A stretch of DNA of 64,000 nucleotides from Candidatus Saccharimonadia bacterium (GCA_041743505.1 JBGTMQ010000003.1:25148-89147); one strand, 5' to 3'; counted from the stretch's first letter, positions 38,570-49,484 are shown. The notes: generated by a model not told the origin, from the letters alone. Translations and numbers: made by a program.

Positions 38570-38705
38570 TAGCACTCTGCCCGTCCGCTTTTACCACTAT
38601 CGAGCTGCCTTTGTATGAAATTATTAGTCTTCATCGGTCCTGCATTTTTTCACATCCAAAGAGCACCCATTTAAGAAATTATTCTCACACGTCCTTGCCA
38701 CCCAT

Positions 38706-38803
38706 TACTGTACTAAGGGCAGTCACAAAAAGACCCGTCTCAATAAAGCCTTGAGATAGGCATAATTATATCCCACACTATCCACACTGCCCTCAGTACA
38801 GTA
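38706..38803. repeat. 98-bp element with 18-bp terminal inverted repeats, copy B
   Basis: tactgtactaagggcagt and actgccctcagtacagta. Same length, orientation and ends as copy A. The interior is ~50-60% similar to copy A. Confidence 0.6.
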
Positions 38804-38836
38804 GGCTACCCATTAGCAAGGCAAAAACCGGCCTCT

Positions 38837-39742
38837 CTACTGGACGCTGGCCTCCGTATCGGTAATCTCTTGCGAATCAAGCGATTTCGATAGCGCGTTA
38901 TATTCATCCACGCCCTGCCTGTACTGCTCAATCCGGCTATTAATAGTATCCACCAAACTATTCTGGCGAGGCACCAGCGCATTGTATTGCTCAACCCTGC
39001 CAGCAGAACGGTAACTATCTAATTGACGGTTTACAACGGCCAGCTGCGCCTTATAGCCACGGATCGCCGCTAGTTCACTCTCTAGTTCCTGTCGCCGCGA
39101 GTTAAACACTCCCTCATACCGCGCATGAGCCGCCACAATCGTACTCCGGTTCTCAAAATACCGGGCATAATACTGCTCCAATTCAGGCGTTAGCCGGGCT
39201 TCCTCTGTCGCCAAAATCGAATGAAGCTCGTTCGCCTCCTGCCCCGGCTCAGTCTTTGCATAGCCAGCCATACGTTGCCTAAGCTCGGCATCTGCCTGAG
39301 CCTGGTATACCTGATCAAGCTGAGCCGCTAACCGCTCACGGTCTTTCTGACCCAACCGCGCCCACGCAGCATGCAGCAATTCGTGAGCGGTTACTACATC
39401 CATCTCCGGCGCCAAGCTGGGATTTGAAATCTCCAAAACATAAATTCGCTCACGATAATAGCAACCCAACTCCAACTCACCCTTGCTCGTCTGGCAGTCG
39501 CGGTTAAAAGTCGCCTTGTCGTCAATCTTCGGCTGAGCCCGGTACAGAATCGCCCGGGCCTTGTCAGTCAAACTCAGCCGCGACTCAATTGCGCCAACCG
39601 CCGGGTCCGGTTTAAAGGTCGCTAGTGCATACTGATCCAGCAAGAACTGATAATTAAGCACCCCCACCACCAAAACAAGCAGCAATCCAAGCTCGAGCGA
39701 CCGGCGTATTGTAAACGGCTGACGTTGCATATTACCGTTCAC
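38837..39742 (-). CDS. Membrane-anchored protein with an HExxH motif and a C-terminal coiled-coil
   Basis: N-terminal TM helix, VVTAHELLHAAW (HExxH), then a heptad-rich Q/E/R-rich C-terminal half. Confidence 0.5.
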   Translation of the reverse strand: MNGNMQRQPFTIRRSLELGLLLVLVVGVLNYQFLLDQYALATFKPDPAVGAIESRLSLTDKARAILYRAQPKIDDKATFNRDCQTSKGELELGCYYRERIYVLEISNPSLAPEMDVVTAHELLHAAWARLGQKDRERLAAQLDQVYQAQADAELRQRMAGYAKTEPGQEANELHSILATEEARLTPELEQYYARYFENRSTIVAAHARYEGVFNSRRQELESELAAIRGYKAQLAVVNRQLDSYRSAGRVEQYNALVPRQNSLVDTINSRIEQYRQGVDEYNALSKSLDSQEITDTEASVQ

Positions 39743-39777
39743 TTTACCGCCTGCAACCGCAGAAAGCCACCTGTATC

Positions 39778-40566
39778 ATGGTGCTCATGCTTGCATTATT
39801 GCTAGGTGGGTGTACGATGATGCATTCGTCAAACGAGGCTGTCCGAACCCCCTTTTGTCCGAACCCCTATATGGAACCACATCGTTATCTATCCTCATAC
39901 CTGGCCACTCCCGACTCTACTAACGGCCCGGCAAAGAAACTGACTCTGCATAAACCCGACCTACGGCGCTACAAGCTCGGGCCTCGGTTCTATGTGCTTT
40001 GGCAGCTCCGACCACACCTGCCCAGCCGCAACTGGGCTGCCCTCAGCCTCTGGGCTGTTCTATTAGTAGTCGGCTTGTACGGCTTCGAAAATCATAGGCT
40101 CCCCAGAGTGCCAGCCGACGTCGCAGCCGCCGACGGCCGGGCCCAACAAACACCGTCCGCCTCTCCGGTCGCTCTAGCCAGCACCGCCAAGGTCACAGAG
40201 CTGCCCGGCGGGCCCACGGACCAGCTCCTGCCACCCGGCACCATGGCCCCCATGCACACCTACAAAAACAGCTACAGCCGCGGCCAATGCACCTGGTATG
40301 TCGCCGGCCGGCGACCGGTACCCAATAACTGGGGCCACGCCCGAACCTGGTTTGCTCGCGCCAAAGCCGCCGGCCGGGCCACCGGCGCCGTACCAGCTGT
40401 TGCTGCCATCGCCTGGACACCCGCCGGGCGGTATGGCCACGTCGCCATCGTCGAAGACGTCAATACCTTCACCGGACAGGTCTTGATCTCCGAAATGAAT
40501 TACCGCGGCCCCTACAAGCTCACCAAGCGGTGGGTGCCCACCGGCAGCTTCAAATACATATATTAA
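39778..40566 (+). CDS. CHAP-domain peptidoglycan hydrolase lipoprotein
   Basis: Lipobox LLGGC. The C-terminal CHAP core has the Cys in GQCTWYVAGRR and the His in GRYGHVAIVEDV. Confidence 0.8.
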   Translation: MVLMLALLLGGCTMMHSSNEAVRTPFCPNPYMEPHRYLSSYLATPDSTNGPAKKLTLHKPDLRRYKLGPRFYVLWQLRPHLPSRNWAALSLWAVLLVVGLYGFENHRLPRVPADVAAADGRAQQTPSASPVALASTAKVTELPGGPTDQLLPPGTMAPMHTYKNSYSRGQCTWYVAGRRPVPNNWGHARTWFARAKAAGRATGAVPAVAAIAWTPAGRYGHVAIVEDVNTFTGQVLISEMNYRGPYKLTKRWVPTGSFKYIY

Positions 40567-40605
40567 TTCAACATCCCCCGTGAGTAACCAGCCGTAGCGT
40601 ATAAT

Positions 40606-42006
40606 TTGCTTATGATTAACCGTCTCCATCCCAAACACTGGCGGCCCGAGCTAATCCTAATCATTGGCCTGGCCATCATTACCCGCCTCTGGTCGGTCAT
40701 GCACCCCAAAGCCGTTGTTTTCGATGAAGTCTACTTCAAAGTTTTCGCCGGCCATTACTTGGACGGACAATACTTCTTTGATATACACCCGCCGCTCGGC
40801 AAGCTACTCCTGGCCGGTTGGTCCTTCCTGGCAGGGATACCTGCCACCGAGCTCGCCGACGGTACAGCCGTAGCATTACGCTTCTTGCCGGCCATCGCCG
40901 GCGTCCTCATCATTCCTGTCTTTTGGGGCATCTTGCGGCGACTCGGCGCCTCCCGGGCCTTCGCCTTCCTGGGTGCAGCCGCCCTCTTGCTCGACAATGC
41001 TCTGCTCGTCGAATCACGCTTTATCCTTACCGACTCCATGCTACTGCTATTCGGTCTTTCGTCACTCTACGCCTATCTGGCAGCCCGCCAGCAAACCGGC
41101 TCCTGGCGATGGGTCTGGCTGAGTCTAGCCGCCCTCATGGCCGGCGCCGCCGTCAGCACCAAGTGGACCGGCCTGACAGCATTAGCACTCATTGGGCTTT
41201 TCTGGATCTACGATCAATTCCGCCGGCCCCTTAATTGGCGCCGTATTATCAGTGAGCTAGCCATCCTGGTATTCATACCGTTACTCATATATGTCGGCTC
41301 GTTCTGGGCCCACTTTGCCTTGCTTCCCCACTCCGGCGATGGCGACGCCTTCATGTCCAGCCGTTTCCAGCAAACTCTCGCCGGCAGCTCTACATATAAC
41401 CCCGGCACCCACCTTAGTTTCTGGGATAAATTTTCCGAACTCAACCAAGTAATGTACCGGTCCAACCAAACCCTCACCGCCACCCACCCGTACGGCTCGT
41501 CCTGGAATACCTGGCCGCTTGAGCTCCGCCCCATCTATTATTGGCAGGGCCCCGCCACCACCGATGGCAAGCAAGCTAATATCTACCTACTCGGCAACCC
41601 TGTCGTCTGGTGGGGCACACTTCTGGCCATCCTGTCCGGCCTGGTCTATGTCTGGACAACCCGCATCAAACTCCGCCCCGCCACCAAGCTCGCTCTCGTC
41701 GTCGCCGGCGGCGCCTACCTCATGAATTTCCTACCGTTCGTCGGCGTTCCCCGCGTCATGTTCCTCTACCACTACTTCTTCTCATTTATCTTTAGTGTCA
41801 TCTTTGCCGTCATGCTCTGGAACGACCTCACTACCTCCCGGTCTGATCCCCAAAAACAACTCGCCACATCCACAAGCCGGCGTATCTACGGAGCCGTACT
41901 TATGGCCATCCTGCTCGGGTTCGTCTACTTCGCACCCCTGTCCTATGGCATCCCCATGAACCCACATCAGCTACAAATGCACATGTGGCTCCCCAGCTGG
42001 CGCTAA
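40606..42006 (+). CDS. GT39 / PMT-family glycosyltransferase (protein O-mannosyltransferase or ArnT-like)
   Basis: 466 aa. N-terminal loop motifs FDEVYF and DIHPPLGK, with more than 10 TM helices. Confidence 0.8.
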   Translation: MLMINRLHPKHWRPELILIIGLAIITRLWSVMHPKAVVFDEVYFKVFAGHYLDGQYFFDIHPPLGKLLLAGWSFLAGIPATELADGTAVALRFLPAIAGVLIIPVFWGILRRLGASRAFAFLGAAALLLDNALLVESRFILTDSMLLLFGLSSLYAYLAARQQTGSWRWVWLSLAALMAGAAVSTKWTGLTALALIGLFWIYDQFRRPLNWRRIISELAILVFIPLLIYVGSFWAHFALLPHSGDGDAFMSSRFQQTLAGSSTYNPGTHLSFWDKFSELNQVMYRSNQTLTATHPYGSSWNTWPLELRPIYYWQGPATTDGKQANIYLLGNPVVWWGTLLAILSGLVYVWTTRIKLRPATKLALVVAGGAYLMNFLPFVGVPRVMFLYHYFFSFIFSVIFAVMLWNDLTTSRSDPQKQLATSTSRRIYGAVLMAILLGFVYFAPLSYGIPMNPHQLQMHMWLPSWR

Positions 42007-42515
42007 CTCACTTCTCCTTCTGCGCATTTTACATTTACAAAGCTATAAACTATTGACAGATGACACATAAATATGCTATAATTAACAGCTGACCTTTTTC
42101 GCTCCTCGACATGTTGAAAGGAATCGTCAGGCGACAGCATCCCCACTGGAGTATCGCGGCTGTTTTGACAGTCTTTTTTGTGCTCTTGAGCCTAGTCGTA
42201 ACCAGCCCAGCCCTTGCATTAATATTGCTTTGGCTAACGCCCCCTACTGAGCCAGCTCCGGTGTTCCCTGGCTGGTTAAAAGACTCGCAATAATACCGTT
42301 TCATTTTATATTGCAACAGTCCAATCCCTACTCGCAGGAAGGCTCAATCATGGGCCAGTATCGCAAGAAGCCCGGCGATGACGACCACTACCGTAAGTCT
42401 GACGAGAGCTGGCGCGCACCCATCGGAGGCTTTCGTGGTCACCCCGAACCGGCTAACCCAGCACCACATGACATTAAACTGGCTCATTATAATTTCACAT
42501 CCTAAGTGGGTACAA

Positions 42516-42905
42516 ATGGAAACTATCAATCAACTTAAGAATGAAGTATTCGCTACTGAGCAACCTTCACGAGAACTGCTGATTACTTATCTCAAGGCAT
42601 TAGTGGCGGAGGCAAGCAAACTACCTGTTCCCAAACGCGACTGGTTTGCGTACGAAATACTGCGGCCGTTTGTTGAATTAGGCATTACAGTAGAGAACGA
42701 CTCTGACCTTGATTACATCATTTTTCAGCTGGTTGGTGGTGAGCTTGATGTGAATACCGAGGAAGCTATCGCTATGAGTGGGACCCCAGCGGATCAAGCG
42801 CAACGCCGGGAGTCTAAAGCAAATACCTGGCGGGAGCTTATTGAGCAAGTCGAGCAGCTGGCAGACAACAGCTCACCCGTTCGCATTCTGCCCAAACAGG
42901 AATAA
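42516..42905 (+). CDS. Hypothetical protein upstream of pilB
   Basis: The start is placed at METINQL. The ORF track's 42378 start would overlap an sORF in another frame. A strong-SD sORF, MGQYRKKPGDDDHYRK..., lies at 42350-42505. Confidence 0.4.
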   Translation: METINQLKNEVFATEQPSRELLITYLKALVAEASKLPVPKRDWFAYEILRPFVELGITVENDSDLDYIIFQLVGGELDVNTEEAIAMSGTPADQAQRRESKANTWRELIEQVEQLADNSSPVRILPKQE

Positions 42906-42968
42906 ACCGCAGCATAGCAAAATGCACATCATTACAAAACCGCTCATGCTCCGTGATATCATACGTAC

Positions 42969-44552
42969 ATGACGGAAGAAGAACGCAACCAATTAGAAAC
43001 CGCCGCTCAAGGCTTTGCTCAGCAGATGGGCTTGCAATACTTCGATACCCGGCCCCCCATTGATATCAAACCCCTCGTCGGCAAACTGACCATCGAGGGC
43101 ATGCAGGCCTATGGTATCGTGCCGGTTGCCATCAACGGCACTACCCTCACACTCGGTACCAGCGAGCAAACCAACCGCAATCTCATGGAGCCCTTGCGTG
43201 CCCGCCTCGGCGCCAGCGGCTATACCGTAGCATATGTATTCATCTCGCAGTATGGCTGGCAACGGCTACTCAACCGGTTCTCCATTGCCTCCAACAGTGA
43301 CCTGCTCGAAAGCGGCAATTTCGAGGCCTTTAGCGAACAAGTCAATAATATCGAACCCAAGTTCATGTTCGAGCCCATCGCCCAAATGGCCTACCAGCTT
43401 GGCTCGTCCGACATCCACGTCGAGCCGGCCGAGCGTGATGCCCGCATCCGCTTCCGCATCGACGGCACGCTGCATCCGGTCATCACTCTCTCCAAGGAGC
43501 GCTACGACCTGTTCGCCTCCGACCTCCAGATTCGCGCCAACGTCAAATGGGGCGCCGACGAGCCCCAAGGCGGCCGCCTCGGCGTCCAGGTTATCAATGA
43601 CGACGGCGACATCGTACCGCTCAACATGCGCCTCGAAACCGTCCCCAGCCTGCACGGCCAAGATGTCGTCATCCGGTTGTTCAACCTCAGCGTCAAATTC
43701 CTTAGCCTCGACAACCTCCAGCTAACCCCCAAACAACGCGACCTGCTCGTCCGCGCCACCTCACACCCTCGCGGCATGGTCCTCACCGTCGGCCCCACCG
43801 GCTCCGGCAAAACCTCTACGCTCTATTCCATCATGAACCATCTCAACAACGACGAAATCAAAGTCGTCACCCTGGAAGACCCCGTCGAGTATGAGCTCGA
43901 AGGTATCTCCCAAATCCCAGTCAAGTCCGACAACGAGCAGTTATTCATCGAAAAACTTCGAGCCGTCCTCCGCGAAGACCCCAACATCGTCATGATCGGC
44001 GAAATCCGCGATGCCGACACCGCCAAAACCGCCCTTCAGGCCTCACTCACCGGCCATCTCGTGCTATCCACCTTCCACGCCAGCTCGTCCAGCGCCGCTA
44101 TCACGCGTCTTATGGACATGATCGGCCAAAACCCCCTACTAGCCTCTTCCATTCGCCTCATTATGGCTCAGCGCCTCGTCCGCAAGGTCTGCCAGGTCTG
44201 CAAGCAGGAATATAAGCCGGGCAAACAAGAGCTCCTCGAAATCAAAACCGCCTTCCACGGCCTGCCCGAAAAAGACCAGCCCGATTATGACAACGCCAAG
44301 CTCTACAAGGCCGTCGGTTGTGATGCCTGCCACCATTTTGGCTTCAGTGGCCGCATCAGCGTTATCGAGCAACTCGATATGACCGTCAAGATGCAAGAGC
44401 TGATCAGCCAAGGCACAAACGCCACAACCACGCAAGCCGTCGAGCAGGCCGCCATCCGGGAAGGTATGCAGACCCTCCTCCAAGATGGCATCCGCAAGGC
44501 CCTCGAGGGCAAAACCACCCTCGAAGAAATCTACGTCAACGTCGGCGAGTAG
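42969..44552 (+). CDS. pilB: Type IV pilus / type II secretion assembly ATPase (PilB/GspE family)
   Basis: N-terminal GspII_E domain. Walker A GPTGSGKTS, Asp box EDPVEY, Walker B IVMIGEIRD and the His box. The tetracysteine CQVCK...CDACHH is typical of PilB/GspE. Confidence 0.9.
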   Translation: MTEEERNQLETAAQGFAQQMGLQYFDTRPPIDIKPLVGKLTIEGMQAYGIVPVAINGTTLTLGTSEQTNRNLMEPLRARLGASGYTVAYVFISQYGWQRLLNRFSIASNSDLLESGNFEAFSEQVNNIEPKFMFEPIAQMAYQLGSSDIHVEPAERDARIRFRIDGTLHPVITLSKERYDLFASDLQIRANVKWGADEPQGGRLGVQVINDDGDIVPLNMRLETVPSLHGQDVVIRLFNLSVKFLSLDNLQLTPKQRDLLVRATSHPRGMVLTVGPTGSGKTSTLYSIMNHLNNDEIKVVTLEDPVEYELEGISQIPVKSDNEQLFIEKLRAVLREDPNIVMIGEIRDADTAKTALQASLTGHLVLSTFHASSSSAAITRLMDMIGQNPLLASSIRLIMAQRLVRKVCQVCKQEYKPGKQELLEIKTAFHGLPEKDQPDYDNAKLYKAVGCDACHHFGFSGRISVIEQLDMTVKMQELISQGTNATTTQAVEQAAIREGMQTLLQDGIRKALEGKTTLEEIYVNVGE

Positions 44553-44691
44553 CGCTCTTTTTGATGGCTCCCCGCTATCAACCTGGTTCTAAGCTCAGCC
44601 AGTACAACGCTAAATATTATCCGTATATCACAACATGGGGGGTATAAAGACTTCTTTATATGCCCTTCCCTAAAAAGATTTGGTTCCCCGG

Positions 44692-46329
44692 CTAGAATCC
44701 GGGCAATACCTTCCGTCCTTGCAACTCGGCTGGAATAGCATGCCATTGAGGCGAGCACCCGCTCACGATCAAAGTCGGCTGGGCCAGAGGCGCCACTGGC
44801 GAAGTCGCGCTACACTTGGCATGATCAAACCCGAGCCAATGCCCAATCTCATGATTAATCAACTCAGCCCGGTATTCCTCAAGGCTCCCCTTCCAATCCG
44901 CCGGAGCTTTGGCCCAATTCGACGCATTTATCACAACGTTATTGCCAACTTGGCAGGTCGACTGCTTCGCGCAAGCCGGCGCGAACCCGGCCATCTCGCT
45001 AGCTGATGCAACCCAGATAGTTACATTACAATTACTGCTTGAGGATAAGAATTTAAGACTACCCCCGAGCGTCCAGCCATGCGGATTATCCAGCGTTGCC
45101 TGAGCTTTCGTTGTTAACGAAGCAACATCCAAACCAGCCGCCCCCCGAACTGCAGAACAAAAGGAATAGGTTTTAGCAGCCGGTGGCAACGGCACAATGG
45201 TTCGAGCTGCTACATTGCGCCTCGTCGTCGCGGCAGTGTACACCAAAGGTTGCTTCGCTTGAATCGACGCGAGAATAGCAGCCTCAGCAGCCGGCCGGTC
45301 AAACCTCCCGGGAATTCCCGCCACATATGCCGCCACCTTACCGGGATCAGGCTGCGCACCACTTCCCGGCTCCCCAAACCGAAGCCATCCGGCAATAACC
45401 TCAGCCGACGGCGAAATGGTGGCCGTCCTGACTTTAACACTCAAACTCAAGCCAATCTTAGCTTGAGCATTCTCTGCGTCCGCCGCATACGAAGCCGCCG
45501 CAATAGCCGGCGTCAGCTTCGTCGCACTTATGGTCACCTTCTGGTGCCTCTTCAAGGCCGTCAGCAGGCCCTCGTTCAGCTTAGCCCGGTCAACTTGCAA
45601 GCCGGCTTTCTCGGCGATCACCACGGGTGTCGTACCCACAATTATGGGCGCCGCATCTACCGCCGGATGATTATTATCCGCCGCCAACCGGTCGGCCACT
45701 GTCCCCACCGTCCGCTCATCCACCTGGTATTGCGGCTGCAGCGGCTTCGACATCAATGTCTCAGCCACACCAAAAAGCGCAAAAGGATTAGTTCTACCCG
45801 CATCCCGAACCTGCTGAACTAACTCCGCCGCATTCGTTGTACCACCTAGTTCACTTGGCTTCATCGCATACTCCGTTGTACCGATAGTAAAACGAACAGT
45901 ATCAACCGGCAGTGCCTGTTTAATCGCCACGTCAACAGCATCCAGCGGCTGGCCACCCAGAGCGCGGTTAGCCACCTGAACACCAGGATAGACTCGATCC
46001 TGATAGTACGACCTCGCCAGGACGTTCCCAACCACCACTACGGCTATAAGCGCCAATCCAACTATCAGTGGCCACGGCAAGTATCGTCGGTGCCACCCGC
46101 TTACTGCCGGTTGTTCCACCGAACCTGGCTTTGCCGGAACAACCCGTGGCCCGGCAATACCAGCCGCCCGGGACACCAGATCCGCCACCGGCTTTCGCAC
46201 AGGTGTCGGCAACAGCGCCGGCTGGCCTTCCGGCTCAGCAGCCGAATCAGCTATGATCTCACCGCACTGCAGACAAAACAATTGACCCTTAACGGGCAAC
46301 AATCTTGCGTGACAGGTTGGGCAATTCAT
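44692..46329 (-). CDS. Membrane protein with an N-terminal zinc ribbon and a C-terminal metzincin-like HExxHxxGxxH domain
   Basis: The N-terminus is CPTCHARL...CLQCGE, followed by a TM helix, and the C-terminus has HEIGHWLGFDH. Confidence 0.55.
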   Translation of the reverse strand: MNCPTCHARLLPVKGQLFCLQCGEIIADSAAEPEGQPALLPTPVRKPVADLVSRAAGIAGPRVVPAKPGSVEQPAVSGWHRRYLPWPLIVGLALIAVVVVGNVLARSYYQDRVYPGVQVANRALGGQPLDAVDVAIKQALPVDTVRFTIGTTEYAMKPSELGGTTNAAELVQQVRDAGRTNPFALFGVAETLMSKPLQPQYQVDERTVGTVADRLAADNNHPAVDAAPIIVGTTPVVIAEKAGLQVDRAKLNEGLLTALKRHQKVTISATKLTPAIAAASYAADAENAQAKIGLSLSVKVRTATISPSAEVIAGWLRFGEPGSGAQPDPGKVAAYVAGIPGRFDRPAAEAAILASIQAKQPLVYTAATTRRNVAARTIVPLPPAAKTYSFCSAVRGAAGLDVASLTTKAQATLDNPHGWTLGGSLKFLSSSSNCNVTIWVASASEMAGFAPACAKQSTCQVGNNVVINASNWAKAPADWKGSLEEYRAELINHEIGHWLGFDHAKCSATSPVAPLAQPTLIVSGCSPQWHAIPAELQGRKVLPGF

Positions 46330-46415
46330 CTTTAAATCAAGCCGCTTACATCTCTAATTTTAGCACAAGCGGAATAATTCGCGTATTGTTACTTGAGATG
46401 TTGTGAGGATTACAA

Positions 46416-48053
46416 CTACTTCAAAGTTCGCATGAGCTCGTACAGCCGGCCCTCATAAGCCTTGAGCCTAATCTCACCCTGGTCATGAGGCTGTCCATCC
46501 CCCTCAATGAGATGAGTACCCGCAATCCAAATGCCAATCTCCCGCAAGCTAATTCGTTGTTCAGTATTGGCAAAATTCAGCATCACATAGCATTTACCCC
46601 ATGGTGCCTCGCGAATAAAGACAAATACATCCGGATTACCGCCGGCAATCGATCGGTACGCGCCATCTGCCAGCGGCTCACACGCAGCGCGCAAATGTAT
46701 CAAGTGCCGGTACAAAGCCAACATTGACTCTGGTTGACGTTCCTCCAACTCCACATTGTGCATCGCGTAATCCGGCGATAACGGCAACCATGGACTCCCT
46801 TCACTAAAACCTCCGTTATATCCGCCGCTCCATGGCATCGGTGTACGGGATACATCACGTTTCAGAAGCGGTCCCTGTAGCTTACGCAAGCTAATATCAC
46901 GTTCATTTGTTGTAGAAATTACACCATTTTCCAGCCCGAGTTCTTCCCCGGCATACACCACTGGCAAACCTCGCAAAGTCATTTGCAAAAATGCCAACAA
47001 CCGGGCCCGTTTCTGTCCGCGCCGGGTCGCTATGCGCTGCTTATCATGATTACCCAATACATAGTTCGGCCAGTCATTCGGGCCAAGGCTGCCTTCATAC
47101 TCATCGATAAATTGACGGTATACTTCCGCGCTCCAGTCGAGGGTTATCAAATTGAAGTTGAATGGCGCATGAATCGGATGTCTCTCGCAAGCCCCATAAA
47201 GCTCTTTCAAGCCACTGATATTAAGGTAGGCTTCCGACAGCAAAAACGTGTCTTCCTTCTCGGCCAGCACATCACAAAACGAACCAACCAGGCCACCCAG
47301 CCCTCCCTGCACATTGCTATAAATTCGCAAATTGGCCAATGACGGCAGTGAGGTGGCCGGATCAAAATCAGGGTTTGGTGGGTCATTACGCAGAGCCTGA
47401 TCCTTAATCAAAGCCGTCACCGCATCTGTTCTAAATCCATCAACACCCCGTCGCAGCCAAAACCTTAAAACTTCCAGCATGGCAGCCCGGACCTCCGGAT
47501 TTCGCCAGTTCAAATCCGGCTGATCAGCCAGGAAAGTATGCAAATAATACTGACCCGTAGCATCATCCAGCGTCCACATCGGTCCGCCAAACCGGGACAG
47601 CCAGTTGTTCGGCATACTACCGTCCGGCTTAGGATCAGCCCAAATATACCAATCACGCTTTGGGTTGCCGCGGCTTTTGCGCGCCTCCACAAACCATGAG
47701 TGCTTGCTAGAGGTATGATTGGGCACGTAGTCGAGCAATAACCTCATACCCCGCTTGTGAACCTCACGCAACAACACATCAAAATCAGCCATCGTCCCAA
47801 ATAACGGGTCAATCGCACAGTGATCAATGATGTCATAGCCCCAGTCAGCCAGGCCTGAGCGATAAATCGGTGACAGCCAAATCGCTCCCACCCCTAGTGA
47901 TCCAGCCGTACCATCATTCAAATAATCCAGGCGCTCAATAATACCGCGCAAATCACCATACCCATCGCCGTTCGAATCGGCCCAGCTCAACGGATAAATT
48001 TGATACAACACCGCCTTGCGGTACCACGGGTCGTGACGCTTAGGATTAACCAT
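46416..48053 (-). CDS. GH13 alpha-glucosidase / oligo-1,6-glucosidase / trehalose-6-phosphate hydrolase family
   Basis: YQIYPLSWADSNGDGYGDLRGI, GVDGFRTDAV (catalytic Asp region) and the GH13 conserved regions. Confidence 0.85.
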   Translation of the reverse strand: MVNPKRHDPWYRKAVLYQIYPLSWADSNGDGYGDLRGIIERLDYLNDGTAGSLGVGAIWLSPIYRSGLADWGYDIIDHCAIDPLFGTMADFDVLLREVHKRGMRLLLDYVPNHTSSKHSWFVEARKSRGNPKRDWYIWADPKPDGSMPNNWLSRFGGPMWTLDDATGQYYLHTFLADQPDLNWRNPEVRAAMLEVLRFWLRRGVDGFRTDAVTALIKDQALRNDPPNPDFDPATSLPSLANLRIYSNVQGGLGGLVGSFCDVLAEKEDTFLLSEAYLNISGLKELYGACERHPIHAPFNFNLITLDWSAEVYRQFIDEYEGSLGPNDWPNYVLGNHDKQRIATRRGQKRARLLAFLQMTLRGLPVVYAGEELGLENGVISTTNERDISLRKLQGPLLKRDVSRTPMPWSGGYNGGFSEGSPWLPLSPDYAMHNVELEERQPESMLALYRHLIHLRAACEPLADGAYRSIAGGNPDVFVFIREAPWGKCYVMLNFANTEQRISLREIGIWIAGTHLIEGDGQPHDQGEIRLKAYEGRLYELMRTLK

Positions 48054-48070
48054 AAGCTTAGTTTATCAGA

Positions 48071-49417
48071 CTACGACGATGAGAAACGGTTCAACGTCGC
48101 CTTGGCTTTCTTCAGCCCAATCCGCGGATCACGCAGCACATTCCGGATGCCAGGCCGGCTATGCACACTCACCACATCGGGCAGCTCAGCCGGCGTCAAA
48201 AACGTCTTCGCAAGCCGCACAAATATCGCATTTGTCCAACCAAAACCAACCTGGCCGGGGTACACCCCTTCAGCCGCCTCATCACGAATATTCACAACGT
48301 TATACCGCTCATGAAACACCCCGTCATCCTCAAACTTCACTAAGTTGGCGTTCAGCCACTTACGAGCAATCCGCTCAGCGTCGGTCTTATACCCATAACG
48401 CTCCATAGCCTCCAAACAGACCAAGTGCAATGGCGCCCACCCATTAGGATAAGCCCACTGGGTCGGCAAACTCATCTTAATGTTCGGCTTGGCGGTTGAA
48501 GCGCTAAGCCCACCTTCAAACTCAAACCAATGCATGTTACTCATAACCCGGGTGCTAGTCTTCGCATCTTCCATCCCAGCCCACATCGGATAAAAACCAG
48601 CCAATGACCATACTGGGCTCCGCTTACCAGTCATAAAATTGAAATCAAACCAGAAACCTTTATCCTCGTCCCACATATACTGGCGCATCATCAGCCGGCG
48701 CATCGTCGCCCGCTGCAGCCACTCCTTGGCCTCTTCCTCGTCACCGAGAATAGTTGCAGCTTCCTCAAAGTCCTTCTCGTACTTGTACAACAACGCGTTC
48801 AGATCTACCGGTAAATAACTCAATGCCCGGCGATCAAACCGTGTATTCATATCCCAGCCACTCTCGGCCTCAGCCAGGTCATCAAGCACGTTGATATCAT
48901 AATTGCGCGACAAGCCGTTAAACACTTGCCGCCAGTTCGGCTGTGCGGTACCCATCCAAACTGTTCGGTACTCTTCCTTAGCCACGTTCATGCTGTCGCG
49001 CAGCCAACGCTTATTCCCTTCGAGACGATAAACCTGCAAAATAAAGGATGTTAAAAATGGCGGCTGAGAATGACTTGTATGATAGGCACGCCCCCCATTT
49101 GGAATAATCCTAAATCTCTGCATCAAAACCATCAAATCCTCTACCAAGCCCTTAATCAAGTGCTGGCGCGGCGTACCAATTAAGCCTTGGGCTATGAAGT
49201 AGGTATCCCAATAATATATTTCTTCGAACGCAAACCCTGAACCAGTACTAGCACTCGGCACAAAATAAGGCTTAGGCAAGCCGATAAGCGTCCCGTCATC
49301 ATTCGGCTTAAATCTTTCGAGCTTATCCCAATAACGGTCAATGTACTCGAGCGCCGGTCTCAGACGTTCAGGGTCAAATTGTGGTCCAGGATCAGTACTT
49401 TGTGACATGAGGCTCAA
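48071..49417 (-). CDS. Trehalase (GH37)
   Basis: Both GH37 signatures are present: SGFAFEEIYYWDTYF and TQWAYPNGWAP. Confidence 0.85.
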   Translation of the reverse strand: MSLMSQSTDPGPQFDPERLRPALEYIDRYWDKLERFKPNDDGTLIGLPKPYFVPSASTGSGFAFEEIYYWDTYFIAQGLIGTPRQHLIKGLVEDLMVLMQRFRIIPNGGRAYHTSHSQPPFLTSFILQVYRLEGNKRWLRDSMNVAKEEYRTVWMGTAQPNWRQVFNGLSRNYDINVLDDLAEAESGWDMNTRFDRRALSYLPVDLNALLYKYEKDFEEAATILGDEEEAKEWLQRATMRRLMMRQYMWDEDKGFWFDFNFMTGKRSPVWSLAGFYPMWAGMEDAKTSTRVMSNMHWFEFEGGLSASTAKPNIKMSLPTQWAYPNGWAPLHLVCLEAMERYGYKTDAERIARKWLNANLVKFEDDGVFHERYNVVNIRDEAAEGVYPGQVGFGWTNAIFVRLAKTFLTPAELPDVVSVHSRPGIRNVLRDPRIGLKKAKATLNRFSSS

Positions 49418-49484
49418 ACAGGTTACAGTTACGTTGGTTTAGCCCTAGCGTAGTTGCACTGCCCGCCATTGTAAAGCCAGCTAT

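Noticed and set aside
38027-38836. tmRNA (ssrA) expected next to smpB
   Set aside because: No GGGG...UUCGAC 5' end and no T-arm...CCACCA 3' end on either strand. The ANYNIT* candidate tag frame lacks the hydrophobic Ala-Ala terminus. Kept only as a 'check' finding.
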